A DNA stretch of 50,210 nucleotides, filler included, from Sphacelaria rigidula (Eukaryota): assembly GCA_964200075.2 (NCBI GenBank). It is 2 parts of 2 records of this genome, joined end to end, with 100 filler letters (N's around TTAATTAATTAA, not from the genome) between each part and the next. Parts side by side here need not be neighbours in the genome. Positions count along the whole stretch, not along the records: positions 1 to 25,062 come from CAXNAA020000181.1; 1 more part is not named here. The stretch is one strand, 5' to 3'. Shown piece after piece: positions 1-11,500 of this stretch. Position 1 is the first letter of the stretch, and every line of letters begins with the position of its first letter. A program made the position numbers and the translations under genes. The notes below the pieces were generated by a model. The model had not been told where the DNA came from, ran no database searches, and was given only the letters and a program-made list of their open reading frames with translations.

Positions 1-1022
1 CCCCCCCCCCCCCCCCCCCTGCGAGGTCAATGGTCCTATGACTATGGCGTGCATGATCATGAGTACCCCCCCCCCCCCCTCCCCTCCCTCAATCAATCAA
101 ACACCAAACACCCTCCAATTCATATATATACATATACAAATATACTAGACATAATAACACCATATAGCAGCACACCACATCGGGGGTTGATCAGCCTTCT
201 CTTCGTGCTTACAGACACCATATGTGCCGTGTTGGATACGGGCAGTGTGTCGAGGCCAAGTCAAGTGCGCTTCGATGTCGACGTATTCGTAGGATGGTTC
301 AACTTCTGTCACCTTGTTCCATTTGCGACAGGGATGTAATGCAGTCAAACCCTCTGCGGCGGACTGCTCATGATCCCTAGCTCACCTGCATAATATTTCT
401 TGCTCCAATACGTAGCGCAGGAGATTTCTGCATCTGATGGCAACACAGCTGTAACCAAGAAGTATACACCTAGACACGGTTTGTACTCAGTAAAGTCAAG
501 CCAAGTCTCGGCCAAGGGAGATATTTGAGGCGTTGTTTCGACATATTATTGGACGTCAACTAAGGTGTGTAGTTGACAAGGTTCACGTGAACCCACATAA
601 TCTCTTTCAATATGACGCTGATATTGCCAAGAACGAGCGCCCCCTTACTGACACAGGAAGCGATGTAGTGCAAGGGCAACTGTCTTTCGCAAGAGCAGGG
701 AGCTGGTTTGTGCGTGGGGGTGGTAAATATCGAAGCAGCGACAAACTTCGCCGTCCCTCGTCCGTAATCACTTCATGTTGATGAAAAGTGTCGATTGTCA
801 TTTGCCGTTCACCGATACAATATATTGCAATGTTTCGCACAACCGTGATACTCACTGCATGCTGTAGGTCGTCCCGACGTAATCGGGGTCAACTGTGCAA
901 CCTCCAGCCTTAAGCCCGGCGATTTTCGTCATCGTCCAGGAGTATAGGAGACGTTCAAGCACAAAAAGTATGTAAATGGCCGGCGCAGCATTGAGTAAAT
1001 CCCTCCCGCTTTTGAAGATGAT

Positions 1023-1231
1023 TCCATGGGCAGGTCGAGTAGAGTATACTCAATTGCGGGGTATTTTGAAAGACGTACTTGAGGTATTCAAACTAGGGTA
1101 GAGTGTTAGGAGTCGTACCCAAAAAATAACTGGAAAGCGATCTAAAACCCTACCCTCAATTTGTGTACTTCAAGTACGGCTTTCAGAATACCCGGCAATT
1201 AAGTATATACTCTACTCGACCTGCCCGTGGA
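1023..1231. repeat. Fold-back inverted repeat (~80-bp arms), MITE-like
   Basis: TCCATGGGCAGGTCGAGTAGAGTATA..TTGAAAGACGTACTTGA..AGGGTAG pairs with CTACCCT..TCAAGTACGGCTTTCAG..TATACTCTACTCGACCTGCCCGTGGA. Confidence 0.85.
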
Positions 1232-2054
1232 TTATCCATGTGACAACGGCTGGATTCTTGGAGGGTCAGTCAAATTTCGACTATCAATCAATCAAATCAA
1301 TAAAATAAAAAACCATAATGTGTTTCATTCGAAGCAATGCAGAGTGGCGTTGGCCGCGCTGGGGGCACCCTGTGACGTTGGAGGGGAATAGCAGAGTTCT
1401 CGAGGTAAATAGCAACGTTCAGGCGCATCTTGACAATTTCAGGTACATGTCTGGGTAGAAGTTGCCTCACATCCGAGCATCTGATCAGCCGAGATGATAT
1501 AATACCCGAAGATGGTTGTACAACCGACAGCTATACGTCGGGGGGCTCATCGTGTTGCAACCAAAAAATGTCCACCTTCTAAAATAAAACGAGGGAAAGG
1601 GGGGGGGCAGGCGGGTGTAGACTTGAACTTCATTTTGGCGGTTTGCTTCGTCAGTAATTTGAGCGGTACCAAATGTGCCGCCGTTTGCTTACTGCAAGTG
1701 CTGATCGGCGATGTCCCGTATCATTCGCCGGTCATTCTCGCGTAATATGTCTCGCCGCTTTCAAGCAGAGGTTGAGCGTAAGTAGACGTGCGCCTGAAGC
1801 TTCCCAAAACGATTCCGTGTGTACGTGAACATGCCCAGATAGCTTGCTTAGTTCGTCACCCAACGAGAAGGTCGCTCGAACCCAATCTAAGACACGCCTT
1901 CACGCTCACATGACAGTACGAGGCAAAGTTTCGTACAGTTCAGCAAAACGTACATCAATACTCAAAAATATGCCTGTGATTGCGACGAGTACTAACTCCT
2001 TGCTGTTTTTTCTCTGTTTTTGTGCTGCCCGTGTCCTGGTTGTCGTTATCGCAG

Positions 2055-5000
2055 AGCGCAATGAATCAGTACAGTATGCCCCAAGGCATGAAGTCCCTGC
2101 AGGCCTCGGTGAGCACGTACTACAACAAGTGCTACGACCTGAAGGAAGGGGCGTCGAAGAGGGCGCTCAAGCCGGAGAACATCTTGGTGAGATTCGATAT
2201 TCGCCCGTGTGGAGGCGTTAAAATCGGTCGCTCTCCTTGATATTTCATCATTTTTTCCCCGTGCATATTCGAAGTAACGCCGATTCGACCGAAGACCCCG
2301 CCTTCGCTGTTGATGGATTGCGAAAAGTGACATGTTGATATTTTGTCCCATCATTAAATGCGGGTAAGCTCCACTCAACCGAGCCCTCTACAGTCAGTAT
2401 GCACAAGAGATTACCTTGCTTCGATAGTGATACTGTGCCTTGTGAGTGTCAAGAGTCTCAGCACCCTTGATACATGCGGCAGCAGAGTAAGATCCCACGT
2501 CAAGTGTGAAATGGAGATGACTTTCTGGGTTAATGTCACAAAATTCCGCCGATGAAAAGATATCACAAAGTGAACGCGCGAGCTTACCTGAAAGCACCCT
2601 AATCGCTCGAGGGTCTGTTGGGGAGTCCGCCACGCAAATTCGCATCGCGTGGCTCTCGCCAACCAAGCCATCCGCAATCGTCAGCTTGCCCTTGCAGAAC
2701 ATCGTTTATTTTGTCAGAGTTTGTCGCGGGCGGGCTCAAGTATATCGCTACTGTTCGATCTCGTGAGTTCGACATTGCCGCCCATTTCTCTATCCGGTGG
2801 TGTACTCTCCCAGATCACGGTGGGTGCAACGGAGGGTCTGTACGCAAGCCTTAACACGTTGGCCGGACCAGGAGACGAGGTAAGCTATTTACGGAATGAC
2901 AATGCGTATCTTCTTCGAAATGCCAAAGTTGAGCCACAGGAAGTTCAGCCGTTGTACCGGTTGCGTACGGTTTCTGAGTGTTGTCTGGTTGGATGGGCGT
3001 CGCTCGGATGGCTGGTATCGTTGACTTTCAGGGCATAGAAAGAGATTAAATGCCATGTGGAGTATGACTGGCCTTGAGGCACTTGGCAAATACATGATGA
3101 AGGTCGACTGAATCCAAAGCCCCTCACCGAACCAACGATCAGCGCCGTCATGTTAGCGAGTGTCACTTTCTTCGCTCACCCTCCAATCACGTCTTCGCTG
3201 TTTAATGTGGATTCGTGCAGGTGATTGTGTTTAATCCGGGATTCCCGTGGTACCTTACCACGATCCGACTCGTCGGGGCTACTCCTGTTCTGGTGCAATT
3301 GGAAGGGCCCGATTTTGCTCCGGACATGGCTGCGGTAAGAAAGACACCGAATCACTGGTTGAATTTATAATACTTGCATATTTTGACCGTTGTGGTGACT
3401 GAGTATCGCTATGTCGTGGAGTCGATGAAAAGTGCGTAATTTCTCGTGGTTTCTTTTTTTGACTTCATCTTGTTTTCCCGGGACTTTCGAGGTTTCATTC
3501 ATGTACAGTTCGGCCGCAGGAACTGCGGCTTCCGGTGCTCTCGCGTTTGTGAGCGTGATGACTCTTGAGTATGCTTGGAAAGAGAAAATCGAAACTGTCT
3601 TCTTTTATCAGCGAACCATCTCCTACCGTTTTGTCTTTTGTGGGATGACTTTTGTTCTGTTTGTAAAATCAGGTGGAGAAGGCCATTACACCGAAGACGA
3701 AGGTGTTGCTGCTTAACACACCTCACAACCCGTGCGGACACTGCTACACCAAGGAGGCAAGGCGGCGGTCACCGGTAGAAAAGGATTGGTCACACTGAAG
3801 TTTCCGGCGCAGTGCTATCTTTTATGTTGCAGGAGGCATCCCGTGCGAGAGGTCTTCACGTACTCCCAATGCCTCAATACTTGTCTTCAAATGGGAGCAG
3901 TCTACGGTAGATAGCACCCGCTTGCTCTCTCTAGTGCCATACGCACATCGATCCTCGAATTGTGACGCTATGAGCTCAGGTGAAGTGAGCGAAAAACTGA
4001 GTAGTTGATAGACTCGGTCGATCACCGCGATACGTTCGCGCGCCCCAGGGAACTCGCGATTCGCCCTAATCACACCCGCGTGCTCTGCAGTCGCTCCTGA
4101 CCGGCGTTTGCCCGATTCCTTTCTTTGATATGTGTTGTGTGTTTCGGGCAGGAGCTGGAAAGGTTCGCCAAGTTGGCTCTCAAGCACAACCTGTACGTTG
4201 TCAGCGACGAGGTAAACGTATGTTCTTCCAGAAGAGCGGACTCTCCTGTTTCGTAGAGTGCTGTTCGTACTCGTCGGCAAACTAACGAAAGCAACATACG
4301 TCTTCACACTGGTGAGACGTGTTCCTCCTCATCTGACCTCCGCTCGAGTGGTTTCGCCCCCAATCAGTGCATTCCAAAATTAACATTACGGTACAATGTA
4401 TAAGATAATTGCGGTTGCAAGTGTCGCAGGGAAATCTTGTGGGGTTTCGATATTCGCTTTCCCCTCCTTTCGAGTGGAACTTGAAGTTGTCAACTCAGTC
4501 CCCGAGGGGTTAGATCTCGGTTCATTCTCTCCAGCATACCGCATTTTTTCCCCTCGAAAGTTGTGCGAAGTCTGATGTCCCCGCTACCTCTGTCCGGCAC
4601 TGATCCTACCGTACGCTTCGAGCAAATCAAGGGTTCAATCTGTGTTTTGAAGCTCTTCGGTCCATAGGGGAAGCCTTGCCGGTGGTGTGCACGTCGGGGG
4701 GAACGTTTTTTTTTTTTTCCCTCTTCGTCTTGTCTCGGTGAACAAGATAAACGACAATACTCTGCTGGGTGGAGCTCACGAAGCGTCCACACGAAACACA
4801 TGAAATTGCCTGTCATTTCGTCTAGGATGTGCAGTAGTCTACCCCCCCTCTCTTCCCCCTCTTCCCCACCCCCGGGAAGAAGAAAAGAGTGTCGACGCTT
4901 TTTTCGTAGTCAAGAGTTGTAACAGTGTTTTCGTGAAATTGAGAGTAGAGGATACGATTGAGAGTGAAAATCGGTCAAATAGTGAATGAATCGTTTCAGT

Positions 5001-7917
5001 TCCGAAAGGCCCCTCCACGGGACCCAATATGCTTTCTGTAGTAGCTTGCCACTGAGGCCCTTAATACCCTTGAGTAGGTTATCGACGTGTAGCTGTGGGC
5101 TCACGCAAGTGATGGAGGCAAAGAAAAGCACGCACGGAATGAAGAATTGGGTATGTTGAAGCGAGTGATCAAAACCACTCTCAATCAGCGCGCTACTCTC
5201 AATCTCACGAAAACGTTGTTTTGTACGGAAATTTGTGTTGACGCAAAAGGTGTACGAAAACGTCACGTTCGGGGGAGTGGAGCACCTGCGCATCGCAGAC
5301 GAGGAGGGCATGTTCGAAAGGACCATCACGTTGTGCAGCGCTTCGAAGCTCTTCTCGCTAACGGGTGAGTTCCATCCTTACATACATTTCCAATTTGACC
5401 CACGAAACGTGTGTAGCATGCATGTTCTAATTATTTCAAGGCTACGGTTAGTCGCCATGTGTTCGTATATATCTATAGATCCCACGTATCATGCATATCG
5501 TGTTTCGCGAAATCCGACATAAAACACGAGAGATTACTTTGGAACACAACGCTTCTGTAACAAGTAGTACCCTCGCGTGCAGCAAGATAGTGCCCAGTGG
5601 AAGATGACCAGTAACAAGAGGCATCAACCATTTCCCCCCGGGAGTGTTTTCTACACTTCGGTGTGTTGTTCCCCATAGTCTGTTCGGTCCTTGGCCACCA
5701 TATAGGGCCCCTGCAGTCCATCACCCAGGCAATTGAATCAGGGGTCTTATGAAACGCTGAGCCAAGGGGTGCGATTCGCATGTTCTCCTTGGTGTCATCG
5801 GACAGGTTGGCGAGTTGGATGGGCCATCTCCACCCCGGAGATCCTCAAGGGCTTGATCGTGTATCACACTTCCACTTCCTACTGCTCGCCGTCGCCCCTG
5901 CAGCACGGCCTGTCCGTGGCTCTCGAGGCTGAAGATGGGAAATTCGAGGTGAGACAGTGTTCGAGCCCAAGTCTAGCTTGGAGTTGGTGTTGGGTGTTGG
6001 GTGTTGGGCGTGTTCATTTTCCACAAAACCCCATTAATAGCAAATCAGATCACCTCCTTCACGTTCGACTGTATGATAGATTCGATGCGACGGTCAGCTA
6101 TGCAGGATGAATTCACACACTAGGCGAACCCTGCAGGGATGAATTAGTGTTAATGTTCGCTTCATTATACCAAAACATTTGCTGAAGCCGGTCTGGGGTC
6201 TGTTTATCGCCTAATATCACGCGACATAGGTTTGTCCAATATTTTCTAGTATACACATGAAAAGCTACCGTCCCAATATTTCCGCCTGACAAGTCGCCAC
6301 CAGGTGGTACTCAACATGACACCAGCCTTCCCGTGATATCAGTTGCCACGACGGTACACATATTCGCTCCGCAGATGCGCGAGTTGTTTGATGGTGACCG
6401 GAAACGAAGTCACTCGGCTTGCCCGGCGCTGAGAGTACAGCCCCCGAGATTTCGAAAAGTTTCAAGGGTTGGACAAGTAATGATTCGTCTGGAAATTACT
6501 TGGTCTTAGTATGATGAGTCGACTCGNNNNNNNNNNGGGCCATCAGGTCGAAGAAATCGTGAATTTGATGATTTTGAGTCGTGATGATTTGTCCTAACCG
6601 TGAAAAGTTTATCCCAAAGCTCTATCAAGGCTCTTTTTATTTTCTTTATTCTGTCGTCTTGCGTCTGCCCCGAAAAATGTGGAGGTATGTACCATCACAC
6701 ACCCAGTTTTTTTGTTCTCAATCGAGGGCTGCTGCGTTATGTTCATCAAACTCTTGTTATTCACGGCGTTAGTGCACCCTCTCCCCCTCACCGGCATCGC
6801 GTCAAGCAGGGCATCCCGGCATTAATCGAGGAAAATGCAAGGGTGCTCGGAGACGTTCTCAGGGAAAAGGGGTTCGGGGTTACGCAACCTCAGGTACGAG
6901 CGGGGGCGGCGTCGGGCCATTTAAAGGCGATTGTTCTCTACACATTAGCGAGAGCTAACACCAGGGCCGATAACGCACACGCTACATGTAAATACGTGTT
7001 GCACGAGTGAACTGCTAGCTGTTAGCTCGTTGGAGGCGTTTCAACAATTTTTCTACGCACAGTAGCGATCGATTTCCTTCGTCCAAAAAATGACACGGCC
7101 GCATTCGGCGAGCTATTTTGCGTCCGGCTGTTGGGATCAGAAGAACATGATCAAGCACAGGTCGTGTGGGATTCCCCGACGGCAGACCCAAGGAGTGTGT
7201 TCAGGTTGACTCAGTGTCTCCTGGGCCGCATCCGACCTGTTTTTCTCGGTGAGGGAGTGTTTAAATGCTCATGTGCTTATGGTTGTTGTCGTGCTCATCT
7301 CTGCATTCAGGGAGGGCACTTCCTCGTGGCAGATACTTCGCCGCTCGGGATGAAGGGTTTCGAGTGCGCCAAGCTGTTGCTCACACAGGCGAAGGTGCGA
7401 CCGCGTTCAGATTAAAACAACGGCACAATGCCGTCATCGAAGGGTATACTAGTACAGATGTGCCTTGCGGCTCCCCACATTTTTTTCGCACTGTCTTGAC
7501 CTACGAAAAACCGAGTGCTTGGTCTCTAAACCTGGAAAGGTCAAAGTCATGCAGCGATTAAAAGCTGCAGTATGCGTCTGTATGTGTTGCTGGCGTGACT
7601 AAAAGCAGTGGACTGATCCTACGTGTGCCTATTGTCGGTCCAGATATATACATCGTCGCCTGACAATAAAAAAACTCACTCCTTTCATATTTCACGTCCT
7701 GACTGTTTCGTTTGTGTTCGGTTTATTTTGCTTGCCATAGGTGGGGGTCGTTCCAGGGCTAATTTTCTATTTCCCTGATCCATCCGGCGCGGACGGGGGA
7801 GACCTGGATTATCCCTTGCTTCGATTCGCCATCTGCAAGCGAAGGGAAACAATCGAGGACGCCGTGCAACGTATACGAGCAATGGAGTTTCCCGCCCCTG
7901 GCGCTTCCGAAAAATAG
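2055..7917 (+). CDS. PLP-dependent aminotransferase class I/II (kynurenine/methionine aminotransferase-like), multi-exon, N-terminal exon(s) not identified
   Basis: Phase-consistent exons: 2055-2186 (SAMNQYSMPQGMKSLQ..ENIL), 2814-2879 (ITVGATEGLY..GPGDE), 3221-3334 (VIVFNPGFPWY..), 3673-3756 (..LLLNTPHNPCG..), 4152-4211 (..LYVVSDE), 5250-5364 (VYE..CSASKLFSLT), 5806-5948 (GWRVGW..), 6810-6893, 7311-7394 (GGHFLVAD..), 7741-7917 (VGVVPG..LLRFAICK..EK*). Fold-type I motifs NxPHNPxG, SDEVY, SxSKxxxxxGWRVG (PLP lysine) and the C-terminal RF are all present. Introns are GT-AG except one (see findings). Confidence 0.93.
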
Positions 7918-8014
7918 AGCCGATTTAGTTATTGCAGCCAGTCTTCTGACCCCGAATCATGAGTGCATTACAGTTTGTTGATTTTTGGGTGAAACCTTGT
8001 TTGGGGTGGGGAGC

Positions 8015-8080
8015 GTGGGGAATCGGGAGGGGGGTGGGGAATCGGGAGGGGGGTGGGGAATCGGGAGGGGGGTGGGGAAT
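8015..8080 (+). repeat. G-rich minisatellite (GTGGGGAATCGGGAGGGG)x3+
   Basis: Directly visible tandem units between the convergent stop codons at 7917 and 8579. Confidence 0.85.
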
Positions 8081-8578
8081 GTTTAGCCGTTCCTTTCGGT
8101 CACTGTCCGTGTTTGCGAGAGTGCAAAAGCTCTTGAAAAGCTTGAGCGCTGTGTTGCTTCTTCGAGTGATGCCGTTTGACAAAGTAGGTAATTGTCAAGT
8201 AATTTGGTGTTCGATTTGTCATCCCCTGTACACTACACACGGGTGGCCGAAGCACGCCGGGGAAGCGGATGAGGCTTTGCGGAGATACGCAAGGTCCGTC
8301 TGTCTCGAGCATTTTACACATCAATTTGGGCTGTTCGCAATAGAATTGGCGTCGTGTCGACATTGGCGCGGGGCCTGCATCGGTTTTGACATTGTAGCAC
8401 GAACCAATGCAGAGTGCAGGACTCGGGTCTGAGATGCTATATCCCCAGCTGGGATTCACGCGCTAGCTGCTAACTTTTCCCTCCTGAGCCTCAGCAGCAC
8501 CCATCAGGTAGGATCATCGAATCATGTCACAAGCTGATCCACTTCACACCTAGTCACGTCGCGTCATGCTAAGTCCCG

Positions 8579-11500
8579 TCACACCAAGAGGTCTTGGTCG
8601 CAAAAAGCAGGCGTGTGAACCGCTGTGGCGGACAGTATCTCGCAACCGCACCATCCGCAAGTCTCGCGTGGGTCAAGGTCAGAGGAAGCCCGATGAACTT
8701 GATTTTCACTGACACAACTATCGCTGACCGGCAAGATGTGTGCCCCATAGTTCTCCCCCTCCTCGGGACGAACTACTCCCGCATCCTCTATCGGACAACC
8801 AACCCTTTCCTCTCCTTCATTCGATTCACTTTCCGATGTATGGCGTTGTTTACTCACAGGGTCACCACTCACATGGTTGCCCGAGGGCAGTGGTCCTGAA
8901 AAGTGCGCGCCTCCCCCCCTCGAAAGCACCCCGTCCCGCCTATATTTGTCCCCCATGTTCCCTCTAATTTCCATCCTATCCCAAAAGTCGGCGGGGTCTA
9001 CTATTCCCCCCGTAGTCGAGCTTCGACAATCAACCTCATTACCCCAAATGAAAAGATGAGTTTTGTCAGATGGCCGGTGATATCCCGCTGCTGCTGTGTG
9101 CGGTCGTCCGACGCGAACGCCCTTGGTTATGCTTCTCCCACGGCGAGTTGTGTCGCGCACGATTGTGTCTAGGGCACGTTCTAATCGACCTTTCTCTCTC
9201 ATCTGTCCCACAGGCTCCAAAACACGCTCCTGACCGGATCCGCTGACCCGACGGCCCCTTGTCGCTCGTTGAGAGAGCAAGGTAAGATGGGAGTCGTAAT
9301 CGCAACACCGGAACAAGTGCCTTATGAAGATTGGGTCGCGCGCCGCAGCTTCTTCGCAAAACTTTAGAAACGCTTCTTTCGACAACACCCTTCTACCGTT
9401 CGCTCCGGAATTTTTGTGAATGTTGATGACGTTACCACTTTCATCGCTAAACTCGCGACCGTCGACGTCTTCGTTATACTCACGCCTGTGTCTCGTTCGA
9501 CGCACTCCTGTCGTTCCGACTTGGCGATTGCCCTTACTGCTGTGATCAGTTTGACAAGGAACACCAAAAGTAGGGTCGACAGGCGGGTCACACCATACCC
9601 TGAGCAAGTCGGCAACTTCATGGGGGACTAAAAAGTCGCGTTCTGTGCGCGCGTATCTGGAGAATATTTCTAACAGTGCTGCCTTCGCCGCCGGCCGTAA
9701 GGTGTCGTTCGATAGCAACCCTGGATCCTCTCTTGCCGTCGACTGTGTAGTATTTTGGCAAACGCCATCCTTACATCGCTCACTACGCCCGGCACGAGGT
9801 TTGCCCCTGACTCTTTCGATACCCCCGCGTTGGTCGTGGTTGTCGTTGCTACCGAGGTTTTTGGTGTTGTTCTGCCTTGTTAAAACTGTCGCGAACACCC
9901 ACTCGGCCGCTACGCTGTCGAAAACCCGCGTTCCTTCCACGCCGCCACGCCGAGCAACCAGGTTGCCGGAGGCATCGCTCCGGATAAGGATTCCCCAGTC
10001 ATGCTTAGCTGTTTCCGCCAGATTCTTCGTGTTGCCATACTTCTTGTCGCAGCCGGGATACGAATCTTGGCCACCCCTGTTGCAATTAATGGCATGCTCT
10101 GAAGTACGCCCTTTTCCTGAGGCACTGTGTGTCATTCTCCGACCAATGCCAGCACTGGCGAAACCGGCCGTTGCTGGGTAATTCTCGCCCTGTCCCACCT
10201 TCCCGCCATCATAGTTTGCAACGTCATGTTTCTTGACGCCGTGTGCATCGACGACGGGTGAAGCGTGGGTTGGGGAAGAAATACCATTTCTCGCGAAATG
10301 GGGACCTTCGGCATTCGTTCTTCCTGCAGAAGCCGGTCTAGGACCTAGCGTGGCGTCGCTAGAACGAGGCAAAACGCTTGCCAAACCAACTTCGTTTTTC
10401 CTGGGTATTGTAGCGGCCGCAACGACACCGTAAACCCTGCTTGAGATGTCGGTAGCACCAACGGATGGTCTTGGTGACGACCTTTTCAAGTGAACAGGGC
10501 AGTGCACCGATAGTGTCGGGCTGATGATGGGAACCTTGCCTTCCCAAGGACAAACATACACCGCACCAGCCCCTCGAGAAGTGGTTGATTGCTTTCTTGT
10601 CCGAGCCATGCCCTCAGTCCTGGCCAACTCCTTCTGCGTGCTATATTCGACGGGGTCACCTTTGTCGCACGAGTCATCGGACGGTGACTTGCTGACATTT
10701 GCGATACGTTGATTCGGGGTATTTTCGACAGCCTGTGCTATTTTCGCGTAGGCCAGTGTGCTCAGTGTTTCGTCCAGCATGCCATGGTTGGGAGTAATGT
10801 TGAGGATTATAGCTGTGACGGCGTTCCCACCCAGGCTGTCCGCAAGAACTCGGGTCAGCTTGGACTCCCGGTATGGCACGTGCGGCGCTCGCTGTACCAG
10901 GGCCTTCATCACTCGACCGAGCGCCAAAAGACTCTGAATTTATGGTGCATTTTCACGAGCGTGCAAGCCGGCGACATTGACCATGGCAGTCAATACGAGC
11001 GACAAGTGCACGTGATTTCACCGGAGCCATGGAGTTACGGAAGGTACTGTTCCATTGACCGCGGGTTTTCATCTTGTTGATCGTGAAATTCGTGTTTCAC
11101 GAATCGGCCGACGATACAAAAATCACTGTGCCATCAAAACATGAACGGCAGGTGCGGGAGAGGGGAGATATTCATCATTTTCCTACCTTAGTCGTTTAAC
11201 CCTTGACTACACATCCCTTTCGAGACGGAACATGAGGGTGGAGGGGCAGGGGGACGTACTTCTTTGTTATTTGTCTTGGTTATTTGGCCATTGGCCACGC
11301 ACCCCTTTCGAGGCGGAGCATTCTTCCTGGTCCTAATAGCGACGCCCCCAACACTTGAGCGCTCACCACGTTTTGTTCTCACATCACATAAGAACATTTT
11401 ACATATCTAATCCCCTTCCTTTTTCGCCGTCTGTGACCACCATCTACGTCCTAGAATAGCGATCCTTTTCGCGCTACTATCTAATGCATCGAAATATTTC

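Noticed and set aside
49-2054. First exons of the aminotransferase
   Set aside because: No NLGQGFPD-like N-terminal motif was found, and the candidate exon near 1343-1403 could not be validated.
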